In this document: positions 9,750-19,718 of the stretch, piece after piece
Numbering within the stretch: the stretch's first letter is position 1
How the letters are laid out: each line of letters opens with the position of its first letter
Assembly (NCBI GenBank): GCA_032718475.1
Contig: JAUCBJ010001878.1
Span: 1-39,402 of the forward strand
Source of the DNA: Nemertoderma westbladi
Lineage: Eukaryota; Animalia; Xenacoelomorpha
Direction of reading: 5' to 3'
DNA: 39,402 nt
The notes under the pieces: model-generated
Told to the model about the DNA's origin: nothing
Database searches by the model: none
Seen by the model: the letters and a program-made list of their open reading frames with translations, nothing else
Translations under genes and position numbers: made by a program

Positions 9750-11820
9750 TAGAAAAAATTATTGTGGCGGAGACGTCACACAGATGTTGGCAGACAAGAA
9801 TACAATAAGTGCGCCCAGGCTTTAAAGAAGGCTCTATATAGGGCCGCTTGCATTCGAGAAAATAAAATTCTGTCCTCAGACAGTTCTGAGGGAATGTTCA
9901 AATATGTAAACTCAAAACGGAAAGTTAAATCTGGTATATCCGCTCTTAAGATAAATGGCAAAATTATTATCGATGATGTAACGAGAGCAAATATATTTTC
10001 TAGCATTTTTTCAGAAAATTTCACAAAAGATAATAATACAGTGCCTTCCATTCCCAGAAGAGTTCCACATAATGTTAATAAATGTACTATTGATTTTTCT
10101 CCAGATGCTATTTATTCTGTGCTTAGAAAACTAGATGGGAAATTGAGTAGAACTCCAGATGGAGTACCCAGTTATATTTTTTCGAAACTTCCAAGGTGCT
10201 TATCTATTCCATTATCAGTTATTTTTAATGTATCTTTCTGTTCAAGTGCATTGCCTACAGTTTGGCGCACAGCCTTAATTATACCGTTGTTTAAAAAAGA
10301 TGATCATACTAATCCTTATAATTATAGACCGGTCTCTCTCACATGTGTCAGTTGTAAGATTATGGAGATTTGCATAAAAAATGAAATCTTAGATTATCTA
10401 CGTGCAAATAATATCATAAGTAGGGCACAGCATGGTTTTGTAAAACGTCGTAGCACATGTACACAACTGTTAGAGTGCACCAATAATTGGTTCAAATTAT
10501 TAGATGATCGTAAGGAAGGATGTAGATATAATATACGTTGACTGTGCAAAGGCATTCGACTCTGTAGTTCATTCTAAGTTAATTTGTAAACTTTTAAGTT
10601 ACGGTATTAGTGGTAATTTATTACTTTGGATCAGTGCTTTCTTATCAAATCGTACGCAAAGTGTGATTGTAGGTACATCTATTTCGGTTCAAACTAATGT
10701 CATATCTGGTACTGTGCAAGGAAGTGTTTTGGGGCCGTTATTATTTTTACTTTACGTAAACGAATTACCAGAAATATTAGGCAGCAATTACGTTAGTTGT
10801 AAATTATTTGCTGACGATCTGAAATTATACTGTAACTCATCTATGAGTCACCTATTGAATCTAGCTCTTAAGGATCTGGAATTCTGGACTCAGCAGTGGC
10901 AGATTAAAATAGCGGCTCATAAATGCTCTGTGCTTCATATCAGTACAGGTAGAATAGATTGTAATTACAGTAATGAATACCATCTATGTGGTTCAAAATT
11001 GAGATATGATACATCTTGTAGGGATCTGGGTATAACTATAAGTAGTGATTTAAAGTTTAACTTATACTTTAGGGAGCAGGTGAAGAAGGCGTATAAAATA
11101 GTTAATATGGTATTCAGATGTTTTCATACAGGTAATTTAAACGCAATTCTTACTGCCTATAAGTCCTACGTGCGACCTATTCTAGAATACTGTACTCCGG
11201 TTAGCTCACCCTTTCACTTTGGTACAATTGATTTAATTGAGCGTCTCCAACGGTACTTTACTCGTAGACTTTTTGCCCGTTGTAACTTAGGCCGTACAAG
11301 TTATCTTAACAGGCTGAGAATCTTAGAACTCCAGCCTTTAGAAGTACGAAGACATATTTTTGATCTTACAATGACTTACAACATTATACATCAACTTGTT
11401 GATCTACCGCAAGAAAATTTTTTTACTTTTGCAAATACGGTGCGGTGCAATCGAGGACATTCTTATAAACTTTTTAAACGTTTTACTAGATTAGAGATAA
11501 CTAAGTATTCCTATTCAAACCGTGTAGTAAGTGTATGGAACGATTTACCGTCAGACGTAGTTATGGCAGTCAATATTAATGTTTTTAAGAACTTGTTAAA
11601 AAAAGTAGATCTTTTACCTTATTGTAGTTTTGATAGATTTTTGGAGTAGTAATTTTTACAATATATAAGAAACATGTATTTAGTATTTTAAATTAACGAT
11701 ATTTTTAAGTGCAATTGTTGCCCGTAAGTGTCCATGTAACCTGGGTGATGTTCTCCCTTTTAATTAATTTTTTATATGTTAATGATTAATAAAAGAGTGT
11801 ATTATTATTATTATTATATT
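9750..11820 (+). mobile_element. 5'-truncated CR1-group LINE with one frameshift and a (TAT)n tail
   Basis: ORFs 9762..10541 and 10504..11649 join into one RT (NYRPVSLT, QHGFVKRRST, DCAKAFDSV, QGSVLGPLLF, FADDLK, VRPILEY, RGHSYKL). The frameshift is an AAGG duplication at 10512-10519. aataaa at ~11788 is followed by tattattattattat. Confidence 0.93.
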
Positions 11821-11933
11821 AGTCAGATAGTGTCGTTATACAGGTACCTGCCCCCCCCCCCCCCACCCCCCCCCCCCTAAATTTTTCTACAAATCTTAAT
11901 GAGATTGCATGAAATTTGAAACAGAGCCAGTGT

Positions 11934-12600
11934 CACCTCCCTCATCCTTGCTGGGTGAGCCAGAATTTTTATTTTAGCTTTCATTCTTTAGCTACAAGCG
12001 TTTAAAAAATGTGTCTCCGGTGATATTTCACCAGTTACTACACTCCAGTTATTCTTCAACCTTATAGCGATTTGTTGGTTGGTACTGATGGAAAGCTGCC
12101 CATGCAAGGATTCCAAATATGTAAAAATATTTGAATTTGGTTGGGAAATACCTGAGATATGGGCATTCGAATGTTGCATGTAATTTGCTTCCCCTGCAGG
12201 CCATTTATCCTTTATTTATGTAAAGGCCTACCATATTCTAGAACATTTTGTTTATTCCATACCTGCATACGTAGCTGGGGCAACAATGCAATACCTCTTT
12301 AATTATACTATTTCGTAGCTATTCATAAATAAACAAAATGTTCTAGAATATGGTATTATTATTTAATAGAATAAAATAGCCTCATGCAGATGCAAAACCA
12401 CGCAAATTTTGAACGCTCATATCTCAGCTATTTTCCAACCAAATTCAGATTATGTTACATATTTGGAATCCTTGCATGGGCAGCTTTCTTTTGGTACCAT
12501 CAAACACTATAAGGTTGAAGAATGATTGCACTGTGACCTGTGAAATATCGCCGGAGACACCTTTTTCAAACGCTTGTAGAAGAATGAAAGCGAAAATAAA
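11934..12600. mobile_element. Fold-back (palindromic) MITE, ~290-bp inverted arms
   Basis: Left arm ctacaagcgtttaaaaaatgtgtctccgg...gctgcccatgcaaggattccaaatatgtaa...taccatattctagaacattttgtttatt is mirrored by aataaacaaaatgttctagaatatggta...ttacatatttggaatccttgcatgggcagc...ccggagacacctttttcaaacgcttgtag. Confidence 0.88.
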
Positions 12601-13189
12601 GTATAGGAAGGCCTAAACAGTAAACATAGTTAGGCCTTATTATATAGTACTACTGTACTACGCCACTACCGGCAGACCGGTACCGGTACTCATTATTAAT
12701 ATGTTTGCCTAGGCCTATCTATAGTACGGTAGGTACCGGTACTGTTACTGTGTTACAGCAGTCAGGCAGTACCCAGTACGTTATGCTTATGCATGCACTG
12801 ATGCAAGTATTGCTGTACTGTTGAAGCCCTTGCAGCCTTGTGCCTTGCGCATTTCAATTATTTTTACTTGTGGGCCTATAGCAAGGTTCACAAAAAAAAG
12901 CCACACAAGAAATTCCTTAAAAAACAGCCAGTCTGAAATCTGACAAACTATGGCTAGTTCAGGTCTCTAGCTTAGTGTGGGAATAGCTACACATATTAGG
13001 GTCTATGAAAAGCTAAATTAGTTTGAATAACATATGCCATGGTGGAATGGTAGTACAAAAACCAAACATACATTAAAAAATGAAAAAAATGGTTTCGGAA
13101 TAATCACGAACTTCAGCGTGTAGAAACTTCCATTCTGCTTAAAACCGGTTGGTATTGCATAAGTAAGACCTAGACTAGTAAGAAGAAGA

Positions 13190-13295
13190 ACGCGTTCGCG
13201 GGGCCTTCGCGCAGCACGAGGCTTAGTTATGAGATACAAATTAAAATTGAGCAATTCTAAGTTCTAAAACAAAATCTGTATTTAAGAAATTAACC
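13190..13295 (+). repeat. Interspersed repeat; second copy at ~29946-30048
   Basis: gaggcttagttatgagatacaaattaaaattgagc...acaaaatctgtatttaa versus gaggctcagttatgagatacaaattacaattgagc...acaaaatcggtatttaa. Confidence 0.75.
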
Positions 13296-14498
13296 AAACC
13301 GCAAATAAATCATAAGAGGGGAAATTTGCTCGCTTTCCTGTAGGCTGGTAGGTAGGTCTGTAGGTAACAAGCAGACAAGCAGACAAGGTAAGGAACATAA
13401 ATGTATTACTGTAGACTGGTAGCAGGGTAGTGGTAGAGGCAAGAGGTAGGCGTATGTCGCATAAGCAAAAATACTAGCGGTGAAATACAGCAATAAAACG
13501 TGCAAAGTAACTGTAATAGACAGATAGGCCTAGATAGATAGCAGATAGGCAATAGGACTGTAGGACGCCAATTAATTAAACATAAAAAAAATCAATGATA
13601 TTTAAAAATTTAACAAAATATTTAACAAAGAAGAATAAATAGTATGCCTAATGGAATTAAAAGTATAGGGAGGGGGGGGGGGGGTTGTAAATAAAGGTGA
13701 CAGCAATCATTATGTAAGTCAGTAGGCCTAAGTAGAGATAACCCTGTACAGCTGTATACAGGTTTTTACAGGTTATATATACCGGTTTTTAATATGCTGT
13801 TTGCTGTTTATGTTATGTTATTGTTATGTACGATGTTAATAAAAAACTTCAACTTCAACTTCTATACTGGTAATCTGGTATATAGGCCTAGGCCTAGCTA
13901 CATGCTGACATGCAGACATGCTAGGCCTACATGTGACATGTATATCAGTATATAGTAAAATTGTCAGTCAGGCGGTGGCAACTCCAACTTGGCGAACTGG
14001 GACGTCACTGTAGACAGGGAGATGTTCATAAGATTCCAGCATTCCCAGGATTCTGTAAGGTAACCTGCAGACCTGTCAGCCTGTAGGCATAGCTCCTGCT
14101 ATCATTACTGTAGGCGGTAGCCGGTAGGCCCAGTTTGTTGTTAAAGCCATTATTCTCGACCGTTCCGTAATAAAAAAAGTAAGTGGAAAACACCACTTTT
14201 TAACGAATGTTAACGAGAGTTTTGCACGAATTGGCTATGTTATAGCACGAGCGAAGCGAGTGGAGTGTGCTATAATGCGAACGAGTATAAGAAGATGTGA
14301 TATAGGCCTACACGCTACAGTATATATGATTTACTATTTAAATCAGCCACCGGTAATTAGTTTAGTGTACTACCTACCTATTGATAATGGTACTGTATAA
14401 TATATCCATTACAAAAATGTTATTGTTTTAAAATATTGACTTTCAAAGACCAAAGTACAAAGTTACCACAACCGCTCCATTTCCATTATTACCCCCCC

Positions 14499-14529
<31 letters not shown>

Positions 14530-14666
14530 ACGCACACACATACCCGCATAATAGTATTTATCTTAACTTAATATTTGCACAAGTAGAGATATACTTGCCT
14601 TAACATTTTAGCATCTCAGTTTTATCCTGCAAAGGTATCTTACACATCACACACTGTTCATTTTCG

Positions 14667-14683
14667 GTCCACCAGAGGGCGAC
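14667..14683 (+). promoter_or_regulatory. CTCF-like motif
   Basis: gtccaccagagggcgac closely matches the CTCF core CCACCAG(A/G)GGGCG. Sequence match only. Confidence 0.4.
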
Positions 14684-14756
14684 TACGTGTTGCTACACTT
14701 AACATTTTAGTCAGAGCAGTACTTATCTTCACTTTCACTCTTTATTCTACGAAACG

Positions 14757-14882
14757 GCCTTACACATCACATTGAATATCCATGAGTCTACACTTAACAT
14801 AGTATCAACACTTAACATGGCAACAACACTTAGCAATTGCCGCCTTACACATCACATTGAATATCCATGAGTCTACACTTAA
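14757..14882. repeat. 41-bp direct repeat x2
   Basis: gccttacacatcacattgaatatccatgagtctacacttaa at ~14757 and ~14842. Confidence 0.8.
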
Positions 14883-15501
14883 ATATACTGTCAACTACTT
14901 TAGAGAATATGCATCATTCTACTTTAGAGAATATAACCTGATTTAATTTACAGTATAACATGTGGGGCAAGCCATTAAGTAATGTGATTCGATAGCGTAG
15001 GGGTACCATTAATCAACCTGTCGGTCTGTCGTTCTGTTGAACTGTCGTGGCCAATATTTGAACATGTAGTCCGGCAGAAGTTTTTTAAATTTCCAATTTG
15101 TGTGTGGCTTTCAAGAAGCTAAGATAAAAGCAGCTAATTAGATAATTAAGTTGATTGCGGTAAAAAAAAGAAGCATTTTTCTGCAGCCCTTTAATGGTAA
15201 TTAATTATTTTCTAGTACAAGATTTAAATAATTATACTTAAAAATTATGCAGTTGTAATCCCCGTACGCCATTACATTATAGTTTTAATTAGTTCAAGAG
15301 AATTGCTTTAAGAAATGTGTTTTTAATTAAGAATGCACAGTAACTGTACCATTGAAATTAATAATAAATATTATTTATTATAAATATTAAATAATAAATA
15401 TTATTACATAAATCTTACCAATATATTAAACCATGTCCTGGAATATTGTATCGTAATTCGACGCCACCCCCCCCCCCCCCCCCCACCCCCGATATTTAGC
15501 C

Positions 15502-15790
15502 TACCTCTAGTAAAGGTTAGTTACTATTATAGTAGGTTGTGTTTACAACTAGAATGTGTCTGTGCTACCTTTCAATATTATAAATTCACAAGCAAATACA
15601 TTTTACACAACTAATAGTTAATGGTAGTTGTATTAACAATCACGATATTTACCTCTAGTAGAGGTTAGTTGTGTTTACAACTAGAATGTGTCTGTGATAC
15701 CATTCATTGGAGATCAAAAATTGCAATATATGATATATTGACAAGCAAATACCCAAACACAACTAGTACTTAATAGTAGTTGGATTTACA
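15502..15790. repeat. Diverged ~150-bp tandem duplication
   Basis: tacctctagta.aggttagtt...gtgtttacaactagaatgtgtctgtg...acaagcaaatac...acacaacta occurs twice. Confidence 0.75.
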
Positions 15791-15894
15791 GTCAATCATA
15801 GTTATTCCTTACAACTCGCTGCAGAATATAGTTTTTAAACAGGAGCTAATAAACCAACAGGTTGATGCCACTTTATAGAACTGTAGATATCCTC

Positions 15895-16340
15895 TAGTAG
15901 TGAGTGTAGCTGAATATGTTTAACCAGTACTGAGTGTAACTGGAGATGTTTAAATGGTAGCGAGTGTAACTGGAGTTGTACAACCGGTAGTGAGTGTAGC
16001 TGACGATGTTCAACCAGTACTGAGCGTAACTGGAGATGTTCAACTGGCAGTGAGAGTATCTGAAGATGTTGAACCGGTAGTGAGTGTAGCTGGAGATGTT
16101 CAACCGGTAGTGACTGTAGCTGAAGATATTCAACCAGTACTGAGTGTAACTGGAGATGTTCAACTGGTAGTGAGTGTAACTGGATATGTTCAACCGGTAG
16201 TGTGTGTAGCTGGAGATGTTCAACCGGTAGTCAGTGTAGTTGAAGATGTTCAACCAGTACTGAGTGTAACTGGAGATGTTCAACAGGTAGTGAGTGTAAC
16301 TGACGATGTTCAATCAGTTGTGAGTGTAGCTGGAGATGAT
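15895..16340. repeat. 30-bp minisatellite, ~15 copies
   Basis: Consensus tgagtgtagctggagatgttcaaccggtag. ORFs 15894..16313 and 15954..16355 simply read through it. Confidence 0.95.
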
Positions 16341-16389
16341 TTAGGTTCCGTATAAAGGTCGTGGAGCCATGTGGCCCATTTTTTCACTT

Positions 16390-16885
16390 AGAAGGACAAT
16401 TGAAGAGTTGTCAAAAAAGAAAGACAGACATCTGGCTGTTAGCTTTGTTGAAATCGAGAAATCGAGTCCAGAAATCGAGTTAATCCAGCCAAGTACCTAA
16501 CTGTTCTAGACTTTGCTGATGACTTAGGAGTACTCTCATAATCACTAGAAGGAGCCGAACAGCTCCTCAGCTCATTAGAACAGGCTGCTTCAAGTGTTGG
16601 TCTTTTGTTATCTACAAGAAGGCCAAAATTTTAACAGTTAATTTTGAAAGTCCTCAGGAAATATCTGATCGTATGTGTATAAGCTCAAAGAATGGTATGC
16701 TTGTGCATGTGGACGACTTCTGTTTCTTGGGATCATGGATCCGGAAGTCAGGTGAGGACCTTCGAATACGTAAGGGAAAGGCATGGGCAGCCTTGAATAG
16801 GCTTTCCAGGATTTGGAAGTCACCGAGAATTAATCGGAAACTTAAGGTCCAGTTATTTAGAGCAGCAGCAGTTCCATTATTTCTC
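16390..16885 (+). mobile_element. RTE-clade LINE, degraded RT fragment
   Basis: AKYLTVLDFADDLGVLS*SLEGAEQLLSSLEQAASSVGL, then VDDFCFLGSWI...IRKGKAWAALNRLSRIWKS...LKVQLFRA; stops and frameshifts present. Confidence 0.85.
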
Positions 16886-17096
16886 GCCGTCGCACTAAAT
16901 ATATAATATATAAGTAATTAAGTAATAAACGCGAATATATATTGCACTAATCTACTAGATAATCGCTAAAATAACATTCTACTAAATAAAATTAAAGAAA
17001 ACGATTATAATAAAATTACATAATAATACATACATAAATATAAAATAATAAAAACAAATATAAAATAATATAGTCACACACCCACTCCAGACGCTG

Positions 17097-19718
17097 TTAC
17101 GTTGGGGAGTCCCTAGATGTTTGTTGGATTAGGGAGGTGGTCGTGGGAAGAGTATCTTGCCTTCCATAGTTTCCGGACAGTTCTCGGTCTCGTTCCAGTA
17201 AACATAAACGACCAACTGGGCGATTGAGCTGCTGTGTCTCGAAGACAATTCCAGGTTTCCTCTTCGTCCTGGAATAGTGACGATAGAAACATCGCTTCAA
17301 ATACACGACGGCCTTACAAAGCCGATTCCAGGATCTATAGTGGTCCATCGCTCCCGGCAGGAGAGGTGAGAGTCCCGGCGAGACGTCTGGTGTTCCAGAT
17401 CTCCAGTCTCTCTCTCTGATCTCCACAACAGATCGGTTCGCGGTGGGGGAGTTTAGATCCACAGCGTCGTCCCTGGCAATGTGTAGTACAGACAGATCTA
17501 TCACGGGTTTAAATAACCTTGATTTACTCGTCCGGGTTTTAGGTTTGACTTTCTCCGCTCCCTTGGCTTGTCTAATCTCAGCCGTGGTAAGATGGGGAGG
17601 CCATTCATCTTCTTTACTTAGGAAGTCGGGTCCACCTAACCAGTCTGGAGTATCTGTCAGTTCTTGAGGAGTTGCTCCTCTGGAAGCGATGTCGGCTAGA
17701 TTAATCGTCTCGGGGCAATATCTCCATTGATCTACATTAGAGTTAATATCGTCATTATCTGAGGAGTATGGTGTTCCCTCAGTTGGGTCGTCCACCTCAC
17801 TGCTCTCCGCTTCCCATTCACTTACTTGGTATACCCGTTCTTTTGGTAACCTTTCCATGAGAGTTCTACGGGAAGGGCCAGTAAAGTACCAACCTACTCT
17901 AGTTCTTCCCGCATAGGCTTGTAGTGGTTGCGGTTGAGCAGGCCGTTTCTCCAATGTCTCAAGCGCCTCATGCGCATTTTGGCCGATGAGTATTTGCACT
18001 CCAGGGTAATCTGTGTTGAATCTAGGTATATTAAGCTGCTGGGTGAAATCGTCCTCATCCCAGTTATAAGGTTCTACTTGGCTGGTAGCGAAGTTCTTTA
18101 TCGCCACCATTTTTACTGACCTTATACTGTGTTCTCCTAGTTCATCCTGGGGGGTGGACAACGCACCTACATAATAATCCGCTATTACTGTAGATTTCCA
18201 AACCTGCATAATTCCTGACATGTTTAACTTAGTTCGGAACTTGGGTTGTCCAGCAAAGATGTCTTCGGCTAGTTCTTTGTCGATGAATGTTCCTGTGCTA
18301 CCGGAGTCAAGGAGGGCGTTCACTGTATAACTCCTTTTAGGTCCGTGGACCCTTAACTGCACTACGGGAAATTCTCGGATTCCTACATTGGAAGTTGGTG
18401 CTTTCCAAGATGGTTGTCGGTCAGAAGTAGTTAGGGTGAGCTCGCTGTCTGTGTCTTTTTCATACGTAAGTGCTCGATACACTGCGGTATTTATCAGGTA
18501 ACAGGATTCGTTTTCATCGGAGAATTCGTCCGTATAGAATCCTTCCATCTCAGAACTTTGGTCTGTGTCGTTCACATCACTGAATTGGACATGTAGTTCG
18601 GAATCACTTACCTGACTCGGGCTGTTTCGTTCGAATTCAGTGTGCAACAAGATATGATGTTTTGCGCCGCACTTCGCACACCTTGCGTCGGAGTAACAGG
18701 TTCGCCGTTGGTGTCCTTGTCTGAGGCAATTATAACACAACCGCTTATCCCACATGACTTCCCGTCTATCCTTTAATGATTTCTTTAAGAATTCATCACA
18801 CACATTCAAACGGTGGGTCCCGTCACACAGCGTACATTTCGGTTTGATGTTACTTACCTTATTTTGAATAACATTGTGCACACTCGTTCTTTCTTCGGTC
18901 TTTCTTACCTGAATTATCTTAGGAGACGTAGGAGGAGTTTTTCTTACCTGTTCTCTCCTGTCATTGGTTCGAGACTTTAATTTACTTACGTCTTTAGGCG
19001 TTTTATTGACATAATAAGATCTTTCAGTGTCTTTCCCGCTGTCTTCTTCTTGAGAAGCCTGGCTTTCGCCGTCGTCGGTATAACACACTGGTGTTACCTT
19101 TCTCCTAGAAACGGGTTTTTCACTTACCTTGTTTTCCGGTGTCTTCTTTCTGGACTGCTTTAGGAGCTGTAATTTCACTTCTCCATCTAAGAATGACATG
19201 AGATCAGCCATGGTAGGGTCTCGTCGTTGTTGTTCCATCATATATAACACTTTCTTATCCCAGCGTGTGCCTACTCCACCCTTAGGTAAAGTTGAGGCCA
19301 CGGCTCCAATAACCATAGAACTCTGATATTCATGAGACTTACCTAGCCAATCTAATTGTCTAACGATCTCTTGAATCTCATCGGAAAACTCTATAATCCC
19401 GCTGCTAATGAACTTTCGGGGGGCTACCAATTTTGCATACAAATACCTAGCTATGTTATTCCTATTACCATACCTGATGTTTAGTGTATCCCAAACTTGT
19501 CTTAATCCATCTGGATGTCCAATAAACTTTAACGCCATTAACTTGGGAGATCCTTCCAAGCACTCGATGAGGAATCTCAGTTTCTCTCCGTTAGATAGCA
19601 CAGAGTTCTGTATGTTATCTTTGTAATATTCATTAAAAGGTAACCATTTCATCTCATCTCCATTGAACTTGACGATCTCTCCCACCTTTACCGCTTGACG
19701 GGCTTCGGTTCTAGCCAT
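17097..19718 (-). CDS. BEL/Pao Gag (DUF1759-like capsid, 3 zinc knuckles) plus aspartic protease, fused to RNase H C-terminal and integrase C-terminal remnants
   Basis: KFNGDEMKWLPF...EKLRFLIECLEG...LNIRYG; CTLCDGTHRLNVC, CYNCLRQGHQRRTC, CAKCGAKHHILLH; ALLDSGSTGTFI, ILIGQN, TRVGW; QWRYCPETINLADIASRG...WLGGPDFL...WP; RPVGRLCLL. Confidence 0.9.
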   Translation of the reverse strand: MARTEARQAVKVGEIVKFNGDEMKWLPFNEYYKDNIQNSVLSNGEKLRFLIECLEGSPKLMALKFIGHPDGLRQVWDTLNIRYGNRNNIARYLYAKLVAPRKFISSGIIEFSDEIQEIVRQLDWLGKSHEYQSSMVIGAVASTLPKGGVGTRWDKKVLYMMEQQRRDPTMADLMSFLDGEVKLQLLKQSRKKTPENKVSEKPVSRRKVTPVCYTDDGESQASQEEDSGKDTERSYYVNKTPKDVSKLKSRTNDRREQVRKTPPTSPKIIQVRKTEERTSVHNVIQNKVSNIKPKCTLCDGTHRLNVCDEFLKKSLKDRREVMWDKRLCYNCLRQGHQRRTCYSDARCAKCGAKHHILLHTEFERNSPSQVSDSELHVQFSDVNDTDQSSEMEGFYTDEFSDENESCYLINTAVYRALTYEKDTDSELTLTTSDRQPSWKAPTSNVGIREFPVVQLRVHGPKRSYTVNALLDSGSTGTFIDKELAEDIFAGQPKFRTKLNMSGIMQVWKSTVIADYYVGALSTPQDELGEHSIRSVKMVAIKNFATSQVEPYNWDEDDFTQQLNIPRFNTDYPGVQILIGQNAHEALETLEKRPAQPQPLQAYAGRTRVGWYFTGPSRRTLMERLPKERVYQVSEWEAESSEVDDPTEGTPYSSDNDDINSNVDQWRYCPETINLADIASRGATPQELTDTPDWLGGPDFLSKEDEWPPHLTTAEIRQAKGAEKVKPKTRTSKSRLFKPVIDLSVLHIARDDAVDLNSPTANRSVVEIRERDWRSGTPDVSPGLSPLLPGAMDHYRSWNRLCKAVVYLKRCFYRHYSRTKRKPGIVFETQQLNRPVGRLCLLERDRELSGNYGRQDTLPTTTSLIQQTSRDSPT

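Noticed and set aside
15894-16355. ORFs with NISSYTHY or VVSVAGDVQP repeats
   Set aside because: Confined to the 30-bp minisatellite; no unique coding flanks or splice evidence.
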